A stretch of DNA of 55,350 nt from Dehalococcoidia bacterium (GTDB lineage Bacteria; Chloroflexota; Dehalococcoidia; GIF9; AB-539-J10), in assembly GCA_030605765.1 (NCBI GenBank), contig JAUWHP010000045.1:1-55350 (forward strand), written 5' to 3'. Position numbers and translations under genes: made by a program. Positions within the stretch are counted from its first letter, which is position 1, and each line of letters opens with the position of its first letter. Positions 44,352 to 53,613 of this stretch are shown piece by piece. The notes beneath the pieces were generated by a model, which was not told the origin of the DNA, searched no databases, and saw only the letters and a program-made list of their open reading frames with translations.

Positions 44352-44879
44352 ATGAATGACGAAATTAACTTGATTACCGAAGCTAGAGAAGAGCCGAATT
44401 TGGTGGTGATTGATGCCATATCCCACAAACACAATAGTCAGCCTGGCGCTACGATTCCTATTCTCCAGGAAATTCAAGACTCCTACGGATATATCCCCCC
44501 CTTCACTATCCAAAAGATAGCCGAGAACATTAACATCCCCGCCAGCGAGCTATTTGGCATAGTCACCTTCTATGCTCAATTTAGACTCCATCCACTCGGC
44601 AAGAATGTAATCAAGGTTTGCCATGGGACTGCCTGCCATCTGAGCGGGACAGAAAAGATATCCCAGGCATTATCTCAGGAAGTAGGTGCCAAAGAAGGTG
44701 AGACAAGCACTGATGGGCTGTTTACCGTGGAACGGGTAGCCTGCCTTGGCTGTTGCAGTCTAGCTCCCTGCGTGATGGTTAATGGCGAAGTTCATGGGCG
44801 GCTTGCTCCTGAGGATATTCGTAAGATAGTGAATCAACTTCGGGAAACAGAGAGGAAAACAGAAGCTGCCACTACCTGA
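44352..44879 (+). CDS. NuoE/HydC-like [2Fe-2S] subunit (StnA-like)
   Basis: LQEIQDSYGY, TFYAQF, CHGTAC, CLGCC. Confidence 0.92.
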   Translation: MNDEINLITEAREEPNLVVIDAISHKHNSQPGATIPILQEIQDSYGYIPPFTIQKIAENINIPASELFGIVTFYAQFRLHPLGKNVIKVCHGTACHLSGTEKISQALSQEVGAKEGETSTDGLFTVERVACLGCCSLAPCVMVNGEVHGRLAPEDIRKIVNQLRETERKTEAATT

Positions 44880-44903
44880 AACGAGCCTTGTGATGAAGGC
44901 TCA

Positions 44904-45188
44904 ATGGCAAATTTGGCAACGATTACTGCTCTCAAAGAAACATAGCAACAGGGCTGGGCTATGAGAATTTGTCCTTATCTCCTATGGTATTACTGCTTGT
45001 GGGCCCCGCCTATCTATATAGCTTCAAGACCAGGAGAGGGCGGCCATAGATTTGAGAAACAAGGCGGCTGTGCTAGCATCTGCTACAATAATATGGTGGC
45101 TGCGGTATCTTTGCCTGGGTATAAGCATCTATTATGGGGTAAGGCTACACCTGATAAACTCGGCCATGTAATCGGAGAATATGCTTAG
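44904..45188 (+). pseudogene. Decayed thioredoxin-like [2Fe-2S] ferredoxin domain, paralogous to the NuoF-like N-terminus
   Basis: GCASICYNNMVAAVSLPGYKHLLWGKATPDKL aligns to GCMGMCYNEVLVEVSSPEHGRVFYGKVTPDRL; the upstream LISYGITACGPR (vs LASCGIAAGGLR) is in another frame; early in-frame TAG. Confidence 0.7.
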
Positions 45189-45196
45189 GAGCGATC

Positions 45197-46996
45197 ATGC
45201 TTCCGCAAAGGGATAAAGAAAACAGAAAATGGGTTATCAGGGTCGGGCTTGCCTCCTGCGGCATCGCTGCTGGTGGACTGCGCATATATGATGCCTTAAA
45301 AACCAAGCTTCAGGAGAAGGATTTAGCCATAGAGGTGAAGCAAACCGGCTGTATGGGCATGTGTTACAACGAGGTATTGGTTGAGGTCTCTTCGCCGGAG
45401 CATGGACGTGTGTTTTACGGCAAAGTCACACCTGATAGGCTAGATCGCATAATCGAAGAACACATTATCGGCGGGCAACCCGTTACCGAGTGGATTGTTC
45501 TTGCTGATTGGATGAAGACCGAGGGTTCTGATTTCCTGGCTAAGCAAGTAAGAATCGTTCTTCGCAACTGTGGCACCATCGACCCCGAATCCATCGATGA
45601 TTATCTAGCAGCGGGCGGCTATGAAGCATTAAGAAAGGTATTATTCAACATGTCGCCACAGGAGGTGATTGATGAAGTCACCAGATCTGGCTTGAGGGGA
45701 AGGGGCGGGGCAGGCTTTCCCACCGGCGTCAAGTGGAGCTTCGCCAAAAAGGCCTCAGGCAATCCTAAATACCTAATATGTAATGCTGACGAAGGAGACC
45801 CTGGCGCTTTCATGGACAGAAGCGTCCTGGAAAGCGACCCTCACAGCGTTATTGAAGGGATATTAATAGCCGCTTACGCCATTGGCGCCTCGGAGGCTTA
45901 CATTTATGTCCGAGCAGAGTATCCACTGGCAGTCCGCCGATTGAAGATAGCTCTCGCCCAGGCTAAAGAAAAAGGATTTATAGGTGAGGACATCCTGGGC
46001 TGCAAATTCAGCCTCGATACAAAGATCAGGCTGGGGGCCGGAGCTTTTGTCTGCGGTGAGGAGACAGCTCTTATCATGTCCATAGAGGGGCACAGGGGGA
46101 TGCCCAGACCCCGCCCTCCTTTCCCAGCGCAATCCGGCTTATGGGGCAAGCCTACCAATATCAATAATGTTGAAACTTTGGCCAACGTGCCTTGGATTAT
46201 ACTCAATGGAGCAGATGCCTATAGTGTCTATGGGACTGAGAAAAGCAAGGGCACCAAACTCTTCGCTCTGGCAGGCAAGGTCGCTCATGGCGGGCTAGTG
46301 GAGGTTCCTATGGGCATAACCCTCAAGGAGATTGTGTTCGACATCGGCGGTGGAACTTCTTCAGGTCAAAAATTCAAGGCAATTCAGATTGGGGGGCCAT
46401 CCGGTGGATGCATTCCAGCAAGACTTGCTGACACCCCTGTAGATTATGAATCTGTGACCAATACAGGCGCCATCATGGGCTCAGGGGGTATGCTGGTAAT
46501 AGACGAGAGCACCTGTATGGTGGATGTCGCCAAGTTCTTCATGAATTTCATCCAAGACGAGTCCTGTGGCAAGTGCACTTTCTGCCGCATAGGAACTCTA
46601 CGCATGTTAGAGATTCTACAACGAATTACTGACGGTCAGGGAAAAGAGGGAGATATAGAGCTATTGAAGGAACTAGCAGAGAAAGTAAAGGAGGCTTCTC
46701 TATGCGGGCTAGGGCAAACCGCACCCAACCCCGTGCTTACTACGATCAGGTACTTCCGCGATGAATATGAGGCTCATATCTATGAAAAGAGATGCCCCGC
46801 AAAGAAATGCAGGAGCCTGATAAGGTATGAAATCATACCCGAAAAATGCCCTGGCTGTGGGCTTTGTGCTAAATACTGCCCGGTAGAAGCTATATCTGGA
46901 GAGAGAAAAAAACCTTATGTTATCGATTCTGAGAAGTGTATTCGCTGCGGATTATGCGTAAGCGCATGCCGGCTCGATGCTATAGTCGTCGAGTGA
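45197..46996 (+). CDS. NuoF/HydB-like FMN/NADH subunit (StnB-like)
   Basis: GRGGAGFPTG, NADEGDPGAFMDR, GEETAL, GGPSGG, CGKCTFC, C-terminal 2x[4Fe-4S]. Confidence 0.93.
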   Translation: MLPQRDKENRKWVIRVGLASCGIAAGGLRIYDALKTKLQEKDLAIEVKQTGCMGMCYNEVLVEVSSPEHGRVFYGKVTPDRLDRIIEEHIIGGQPVTEWIVLADWMKTEGSDFLAKQVRIVLRNCGTIDPESIDDYLAAGGYEALRKVLFNMSPQEVIDEVTRSGLRGRGGAGFPTGVKWSFAKKASGNPKYLICNADEGDPGAFMDRSVLESDPHSVIEGILIAAYAIGASEAYIYVRAEYPLAVRRLKIALAQAKEKGFIGEDILGCKFSLDTKIRLGAGAFVCGEETALIMSIEGHRGMPRPRPPFPAQSGLWGKPTNINNVETLANVPWIILNGADAYSVYGTEKSKGTKLFALAGKVAHGGLVEVPMGITLKEIVFDIGGGTSSGQKFKAIQIGGPSGGCIPARLADTPVDYESVTNTGAIMGSGGMLVIDESTCMVDVAKFFMNFIQDESCGKCTFCRIGTLRMLEILQRITDGQGKEGDIELLKELAEKVKEASLCGLGQTAPNPVLTTIRYFRDEYEAHIYEKRCPAKKCRSLIRYEIIPEKCPGCGLCAKYCPVEAISGERKKPYVIDSEKCIRCGLCVSACRLDAIVVE

Positions 46997-47008
46997 GAGG
47001 ATAAGGAG

Positions 47009-50000
47009 ATGCCCACAGTATCACTAATAATCGACGGAAAAAGAGTTGAGGTAGATAAGGGAAGCACTATTCTCGAAGCCGCCTCCCAGACCGGCATTGA
47101 GATTCCTACGCTGTGCCATGACCCTCGCCTAAAACCATATGCTGCCTGCCGTACCTGCTTAGTGGAGGTAGAGGGCGCAAAAGGCCCTTTGGCAGCATGC
47201 TCCACACCGGTGCAAGAAGGCATGGTGGCAAGGACAAAGACCGACAACATTACTGAGCTTCGTCGGACAGCACTGGATTTGCTTCTCTCAGATCACTATG
47301 GTGATTGTGTAGCTCCCTGTAAACTGGCCTGCCCTGCTGGAATAGACATTCAGGGTTACATTGGATTCATTGCCAATGGGCAATATGCAGAGGCACTGAA
47401 ACTGATTAAAGAGACTAATCCCTTACCCCTGGTTGTTGGTCGAGTGTGCCCACGGCTTTGCGAGGCAAAATGCCGCAGAAGCCTTGTAGATGAGCCAGTG
47501 GCCATAAATGCACTTAAGAGGTTTATAGCTGATTTTGACCTGAATAACAGGGATCCCTGTACACCTGAGCCAGGGCCTGCCACAGGGCACAGCGTGGCAA
47601 TTGTGGGTGGAGGCCCAGCCGGTTTATCAGCAGCCTATTACCTCGCTCTAGAGGGACACGAAGTAACCATTTTCGAGGCAAACCCTCAGCTTGGTGGGAT
47701 GCTCAGATATGGAATCCCAGAATATCGCCTTCCCAAAGCAATCCTGGACAAGGAGATATCTGGCATCACCCGTTTTTGTCGTCAAATCCGCTGCAATGTA
47801 TCTCTGGGGCGAGATTTCACCATCGAAAGTCTGAAAGGCAAGGGCTATGAAGCTATCTTCCTTGGCATTGGCGCCTGGGTCAACCAGAAGATGAGGATTG
47901 CAGGGGAGGATTTGCCCGGCGTCCTCTCTGGGATAGGATTTCTGCAAGACGCAGCTACGCACAAAGAAGTAAACCTGGGACAGAAGATAGCGGTTATTGG
48001 TGGCGGCAACACAGCAGTTGATGCAGCGCGAACTGCTCTGAGGCTAGGTGCTGCGGAGGTAACTATTGTCTACAGGCGCTCGAGAAAGGAGATGCCTGCA
48101 AACGAAGAGGAAGTAGAACAAGCCGAGCAGGAAGGAGTAAAAATTCACTTCCTAGCGGCGCCGCTAAAATTAACTGCCCAGAATGGCACTGTCGCCTTCA
48201 TGGAATGCATCAAGATGGCATTGGGAGAACCAGATAGCTCAGGCAGACGAAAGCCGAAGCCAATAGAAAACTCGGAATTCACCATGCACGTGGATACAGT
48301 AATTGCTGCCATCGGCCAAACCATTGATACCTCCGGATTCCTTAAAGATGGTGGGCTGGAGCTTAACCATAAGGGATATGTGATAACCGATGAGGAAACG
48401 ATGCGAACTTCCCTTGAGGGGGTTTTCGCCGCAGGTGACTGTGCCACAGGTCCAGCCACTGTGATCCAGGCGGTAGCTGCGGGACGAAGAGCGGCCCTTT
48501 CCATAAACCAGTATGTCAGCGGGCAACCAGTGACATGTATCGAAAAGCCATTCAACTGCACTAAGGGAGAATTGGGTGAGATCGATATCACCGACTATAA
48601 AGATGTAGTGCGCACTCCTAGAACAGGAATGCCCGTCCTGAGCCCCAAAGCGCGAAAGAGTAATTTCGACGAAATCGAGCTCGGGCTCACTAAGGAAATG
48701 GCAAAAAAGGAAGCTGAGCGCTGCTTGGCCTGCGGTTGCCAAGATGTATTTGAATGTGAGTTACGGAAGCTGGCCACTGAATATGGTGTGAGAGGAGATA
48801 GATATACTGGGCACAAACACCACTTCTCCATAAGTAAGGATGACCACCCTTATATTATTAGAGAACCAAACAAATGTATTTCGTGTGGCGGCTGCGTAAG
48901 AATATGTAGCGAGGTTATGGGCATCAGCGCCTTAGGCTTTGTCGGACGCGGTTTCGATACCGCTATAAAGCCTTCCCTAGATCTACCTCTCTGGTTAACA
49001 GACTGTGTATCGTGTGGCCAGTGCATTTCCGTTTGCCCTACAGGCGCCCTGACAGCCAGAGTTTGCCTGCCTAAACAGGGACCATGGAAAACCAAAACTG
49101 TGTCTAGCGTCTGCCCCCACTGTGGTATTGGCTGCAATATAGAATTGAATGTAATTGGTGAAAAATTAGTGAATGTCACCTCCCCTGCTGGGAGTATAGT
49201 AAATAACGGTAATCTCTGTAGAAAGGGAGCTTTTGGCCATTGCGACAGCCACGATTCAAAGCGACTCACAACACCTCTCATCAAAGAAAACGGCCATTTG
49301 GCCCAAGTAACGTGGGATAAGGCAATATCCATGGCAAGTGAGGGGCTGAGGCAGATTAAGAACCAGAGTGGCGGAGAAAAGCTGGCGGTCCTTGTATCCC
49401 CTCAATTGACGAATGAAGAAATTTACCTGGCCCAAAAGTTTGCTCGGGTTGTTTTGGGAACCAATAACATAAGTAGCCTAACTTCCTCCGTGATGAAGGA
49501 AGGTTTAGCCCAAAGCTTTGGCATAAATGCCTCCACTTGCTCTTATAGCGACATCCTAGCCAGTGATCTTACGCTCGTTTTCGGCTGTGACATCACCGAG
49601 GATTATCCTATAATTGGCTTGAAAATCAGGGAAGCAGTTGGAAAAGGCGGCAAACTAATCACTATCAATCCCAGAGCAACGAGGATAGACCCCTTGGCGC
49701 AAATAACTTTAGCAGTCAACCCGAGAACAACTGTGCCACTGCTTAAAACGATGTTGAACTACATCATATCTTACGACTTGGTAGATCATGATTGTGTTCA
49801 TTCACGCATCAGTAGCTTTGAGGATTTTGCCCAGCAGATAAGGCCATACCACCTCGAAGACATTGTCGATGAACTATGGATCAGGCCTTCAAAGGTCATT
49901 GAGATAGTGCACCTTTATCTTCGAGCCAAGAAACCCGTGATCATAATCGACGCCGAGAACATTACATCCTCAGAGCTTGCCCTGATAAATGATTTAGCCT

Positions 50001-50668
50001 TGGTTACAGGCAATGTAGGAACAGATGCCTCTGGGATTATAGCCCTACATTCTCCAGGCAATGCACAGGGCCTTATTGATATGGGGGGAAGCGCCCAATA
50101 TCTCCCTGGACAACAGGCAGTGGCAGATGCAGCTACGAGGCAAAAATTTGAGACAGCCTACCAAAGGGCCCTACCCATTGAGAAGGGAAGAGATGCTATT
50201 GGTATTATTAAAGGGCTGCAAAAAGGAGATATCAAGGGTATTCTCGTTATCGGCGTTGATGCTGTAGCTAAGACAGGGAAAACTGTCTTTGATAACCCAA
50301 GTTTTTCCGTGCTTATAGATACTGTATTTCCCCAAAACCCTCCTTACGCTGATGTGGTTTTCCCTGGATCCATGTTCACCGAAACTGAGGGCACCTTTAC
50401 AAATTGTGAGCGGCGTATTCAACGCATTCACCGTGCCATCCCATCTCCATCCGGTAAGGATAACTGGCAAATCATCTCAGCCCTGGCAACTGCTCTAGGT
50501 CATCCAATGAGCTATGCTTCAGTTTCAAGCATCTATGCTGAAATAGCCAGTCTGGCCCCTATTTATGCAACCACGTATGGCAAACAATGGCCCTTCTTGA
50601 ACAACGGCAGATTCAGATTCAAAGATGGCCTAGCCCGGCTTCATCTCGCTGAGCCCAGGAATTTCTAG
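47009..50668 (+). CDS. Fusion of [2Fe-2S], GltD/NfnB-like, 2x[4Fe-4S] and molybdopterin-oxidoreductase-like domains (StnC-like)
   Basis: N-terminal ACRTCLVE, GGGPAG, GGGNTAVD, YRRS, CISCGGC, CVSCGQC, CPHCGIGC; no catalytic Cys/Sec-His in NNISSLTSSV. Confidence 0.85.
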   Translation: MPTVSLIIDGKRVEVDKGSTILEAASQTGIEIPTLCHDPRLKPYAACRTCLVEVEGAKGPLAACSTPVQEGMVARTKTDNITELRRTALDLLLSDHYGDCVAPCKLACPAGIDIQGYIGFIANGQYAEALKLIKETNPLPLVVGRVCPRLCEAKCRRSLVDEPVAINALKRFIADFDLNNRDPCTPEPGPATGHSVAIVGGGPAGLSAAYYLALEGHEVTIFEANPQLGGMLRYGIPEYRLPKAILDKEISGITRFCRQIRCNVSLGRDFTIESLKGKGYEAIFLGIGAWVNQKMRIAGEDLPGVLSGIGFLQDAATHKEVNLGQKIAVIGGGNTAVDAARTALRLGAAEVTIVYRRSRKEMPANEEEVEQAEQEGVKIHFLAAPLKLTAQNGTVAFMECIKMALGEPDSSGRRKPKPIENSEFTMHVDTVIAAIGQTIDTSGFLKDGGLELNHKGYVITDEETMRTSLEGVFAAGDCATGPATVIQAVAAGRRAALSINQYVSGQPVTCIEKPFNCTKGELGEIDITDYKDVVRTPRTGMPVLSPKARKSNFDEIELGLTKEMAKKEAERCLACGCQDVFECELRKLATEYGVRGDRYTGHKHHFSISKDDHPYIIREPNKCISCGGCVRICSEVMGISALGFVGRGFDTAIKPSLDLPLWLTDCVSCGQCISVCPTGALTARVCLPKQGPWKTKTVSSVCPHCGIGCNIELNVIGEKLVNVTSPAGSIVNNGNLCRKGAFGHCDSHDSKRLTTPLIKENGHLAQVTWDKAISMASEGLRQIKNQSGGEKLAVLVSPQLTNEEIYLAQKFARVVLGTNNISSLTSSVMKEGLAQSFGINASTCSYSDILASDLTLVFGCDITEDYPIIGLKIREAVGKGGKLITINPRATRIDPLAQITLAVNPRTTVPLLKTMLNYIISYDLVDHDCVHSRISSFEDFAQQIRPYHLEDIVDELWIRPSKVIEIVHLYLRAKKPVIIIDAENITSSELALINDLALVTGNVGTDASGIIALHSPGNAQGLIDMGGSAQYLPGQQAVADAATRQKFETAYQRALPIEKGRDAIGIIKGLQKGDIKGILVIGVDAVAKTGKTVFDNPSFSVLIDTVFPQNPPYADVVFPGSMFTETEGTFTNCERRIQRIHRAIPSPSGKDNWQIISALATALGHPMSYASVSSIYAEIASLAPIYATTYGKQWPFLNNGRFRFKDGLARLHLAEPRNF

Positions 50669-50845
50669 ACAGTGTCAAAATCATTCATAAAACATATTAG
50701 GAACTGGTTTCATATCCGCGAGGCTTAATACTCCTGCCTGGCAGTGCTCCGGTTCACCGCTGTGCTCTGCTCCCTGAGTTTCCAGATTCTCTTTTTGCTG
50801 CCCCGAGTCCTAAGTGAAGAAAAGAAGAAGGGGGCCAACGATTCT

Positions 50846-51796
50846 TCACATTTCACGACACCCAGCAATAGTTATTTTTTCCCCCACCTTGACATCTCTA
50901 TAGGCATTCGGGAAGGCGTTACGAAATGCTGCAATACTGGCATCACAGCTATCGTGAGCCGAAAGCCCCACAACTCCGGGGCTCAGCTTCTTCAAATAAT
51001 CGATGGATTTCTGCACATCCCCCATTGTAATTGGTTTCCATGGAAGCCTGCATGTACCTGCATATTTCTGTATCTTAATTCCCATCATCTTCTCCCGTGA
51101 ATCCGTGACCGGGTAATGAAGACCTCCAATAACACCGTAAATTGGCTCTTCAAACAAGGCTTCAGTGCGCCTTATAATTTTGGATAAAGTCTGATGGCCA
51201 CATCCCATAATAACGACAATACCCTTTCCCTCGACATTAACCGCTAACGCCTGTTCCAGTATCCAGCCCAGGAAGAAATCCTGATTCGCTATCGCCCCAA
51301 TAGTCGCAACTCCCGTTGCAATAACAGTTGGGGTTTCCGTACAAAGAGGGTTAAGCCCCGGATACGTCATCGGTATGGGAGTATAAGCTGCTTTCCCTGC
51401 CAAATTAACCTGATGGCTTGCCAAAGAAAATGACTTGCGTTTCTCCCACTTCGTTCCCCCTACATGGTCACAATGATTGTGCGAAATTACAATAGCATCG
51501 AAATCATCCATACCAATCCCTAACAGTTTCATATTATGTAATAAAGGCGATGGGTCACTTTGTTCAACGTTATAGCCTACATCAAACAAAATCGAGTTGC
51601 TATCAGTTTGGATAAGGTAAGAAACACCAGCTTCACCCTTCAACTCTTCACTACTTGTATACCAGTCAATGAGAGGTAATATGGCGAGAGATTTCGTCGT
51701 TCCTAGACCTGTTATCCTCCGAACGCTGGACCGCTGCCAATATTCCTCTGCCTTTCGCTTGCCCCTACTAAAACGAATCAGCAGACACATCTTCAT
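50846..51796 (-). CDS. Metallo-beta-lactamase fold hydrolase
   Basis: ILFDVG, SHNHCDHVGG, GCGH, GGLH, AHDSC. Confidence 0.87.
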   Translation of the reverse strand: MKMCLLIRFSRGKRKAEEYWQRSSVRRITGLGTTKSLAILPLIDWYTSSEELKGEAGVSYLIQTDSNSILFDVGYNVEQSDPSPLLHNMKLLGIGMDDFDAIVISHNHCDHVGGTKWEKRKSFSLASHQVNLAGKAAYTPIPMTYPGLNPLCTETPTVIATGVATIGAIANQDFFLGWILEQALAVNVEGKGIVVIMGCGHQTLSKIIRRTEALFEEPIYGVIGGLHYPVTDSREKMMGIKIQKYAGTCRLPWKPITMGDVQKSIDYLKKLSPGVVGLSAHDSCDASIAAFRNAFPNAYRDVKVGEKITIAGCREM

Positions 51797-51983
51797 TTAT
51801 CCTTTATTAACTCACCGCTGAGCTTAGCAACCACACAGGCGGACCTTGAATTCGCCTAATCCCCCTGGTTTGTCAAATTCAGGCTCCACCGTAGCATGTC
51901 TAGCCTGAGCATGCAGAATCTCCCCCCTGTTGCCCTATGCTACATATCATATACCCCATAGATTTGAGGATGTCTAAAATACA

Positions 51984-53282
51984 TTAACTGATTCCTTTAG
52001 TGCTGTCATAAAGGTTTAGATGTGGATTCAATGCTTTTGGAGGTCGAGCCAGGAGAGCACAGACCCCACCGAGAGCACAAAAGCCCGCGCATACACTAAA
52101 AGGAATCGTGTAACTGTGAACAGCATCATACACATATCCGCCAAGGATAGGGGAGCTAGCTAAAACAGGAGTGGCGATAAGCCAGATTATCGCCTGGAGC
52201 CTGGCGAAGCCTTTCGCACCGTAGTACGCTGCTATGATTACTGGCTGCAGCACCAGCATCGCCCCATATGCAAGTCCAAATAAGAGCACATATGCATAAA
52301 CTAGCCCCATAGTCTGCACACGGGTAAAAATAATCAGCCCTATCACCTGCATTAGACAGGCAATAGCAATCAAAAACCTTTGCTCTATCCTGTCTCCCAG
52401 CACACCGCCTATTAGCCTGCCTAAAGTGCTCACGCCAACTAGCAAGCCCAGTGCCCTGGCCGCAACAACTGAGGATATTCCCATATCAGTGAGGTAGGCC
52501 ACTTGATGTGCGCTCGCCATGTTCAAAGCGAACATATTGGCACACCCGGACACTACCAGTAACCATAGTGCTGGCGTTCTCAGCGCAGCCCTTGCCTCCC
52601 ATTCCACAGGCGTGATATAGACTTCTTTTACTAAGGGTCTTACGGATTGTTCAGTTGACGCCGTGCCGGTAGACCCGTCTGGCAATTGCTCTATATCTTC
52701 TGGTTTGTCTCTAGCCAGGATAAGGGGTGGGACAGCGCCAATTACCAATACTATCCCTGCTAACGCCACCCAACCTGCTCGCCAGCCAAGGGAATCAATC
52801 AGGTGAGCAATAACCTGGGCAAGCACAAAGGTTCCAACACCAACCCCCGATGCAACAATACCCATTGCCAGGGCCCTTCTCCTCACGAACCAGAAGTTTA
52901 TCATTGTATACAAAGGAAGAAAGGTTCCAAACGCCATTCCCACTCCCACTACAACCCCAAAAGTCAGCCATAGGTGCCAAATCTGGCTGACCATACTTGA
53001 TAAGAAGACGCCAATGGCTGCCAGAATCATGCCAGCCGGCATTATTTTCCTTGCTCCAAACCTGGACAGGGCAGCAGCGACCGCAGGGCCAAGCACGCCT
53101 CCGGTGATCATCATTATGGAGAAGGCTATATTTGCTTCACCCCTCATCCATCCCAGGTCAGTTATCATCGGCTTCAAGAATATGCCAAACGAATAATAGA
53201 CACCCCCCATAGCAAAGTTCACTAGAAAGCCCATCCCCACTATTACCCACCCGTAGAAAAATCTCTTCTCAGTTGTAGCCAT
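51984..53282 (-). CDS. MFS transporter (OFA/MCT-like)
   Basis: FFYGWVIV, WFVRRRALAMGI, GVLGDR; about 12 TM segments. Confidence 0.9.
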   Translation of the reverse strand: MATTEKRFFYGWVIVGMGFLVNFAMGGVYYSFGIFLKPMITDLGWMRGEANIAFSIMMITGGVLGPAVAAALSRFGARKIMPAGMILAAIGVFLSSMVSQIWHLWLTFGVVVGVGMAFGTFLPLYTMINFWFVRRRALAMGIVASGVGVGTFVLAQVIAHLIDSLGWRAGWVALAGIVLVIGAVPPLILARDKPEDIEQLPDGSTGTASTEQSVRPLVKEVYITPVEWEARAALRTPALWLLVVSGCANMFALNMASAHQVAYLTDMGISSVVAARALGLLVGVSTLGRLIGGVLGDRIEQRFLIAIACLMQVIGLIIFTRVQTMGLVYAYVLLFGLAYGAMLVLQPVIIAAYYGAKGFARLQAIIWLIATPVLASSPILGGYVYDAVHSYTIPFSVCAGFCALGGVCALLARPPKALNPHLNLYDSTKGIS

Positions 53283-53613
53283 AGCAGTTACTCTTCTATT
53301 CTGAGCTCCTTAAGCTGGCAAAATTGTCCAGGGAATATCCTACTGCCCCCTGCCACCGAAGCAGTTCTTTAAACTCTTGCTTCATTTTCGTGCTGGGCGG
53401 CGTAGGGTCTTCTGCTGAGGGTTTCTAAAGGCTGGCCTATTTTTCCTGGAGGTATTTTACACTATACATGTTTTTAGAGGAAGTGCCGAAATGATAGCAG
53501 CATATCCAAAGACGATTTTCAACCAGCAACTGCCGCTGGTATAATGGATGGCAGCTAATTATCATGCTCAGTACTGTTTACTAACGAGTCTTCAGGATTT
53601 CCTCGGACAAGAC

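Noticed and set aside
44352-46996. Respiratory complex I or [FeFe]-hydrogenase operon
   Set aside because: No membrane Nuo subunits and no H-cluster motifs in the third subunit.
1754-50470. Many 60-240 aa ORFs overlapping known genes (e.g. 1754-2287, 9170-9793, 38829-39440, 40210-40938)
   Set aside because: They are antisense or off-frame to well-supported genes and show no motifs that I recognise.
47009-50668. Formate dehydrogenase alpha subunit or selenoprotein
   Set aside because: No Cys/Sec-His at the active-site position, no in-frame TGA, and no recognisable C-terminal molybdopterin-binding domain.
53329-53360. Cobalamin riboswitch (AGGGAA...ACTGCCCCC..GCCACCG)
   Set aside because: The GGTG-AA-TCC hairpin and a same-strand B12 box are missing, and no B12-related gene follows.
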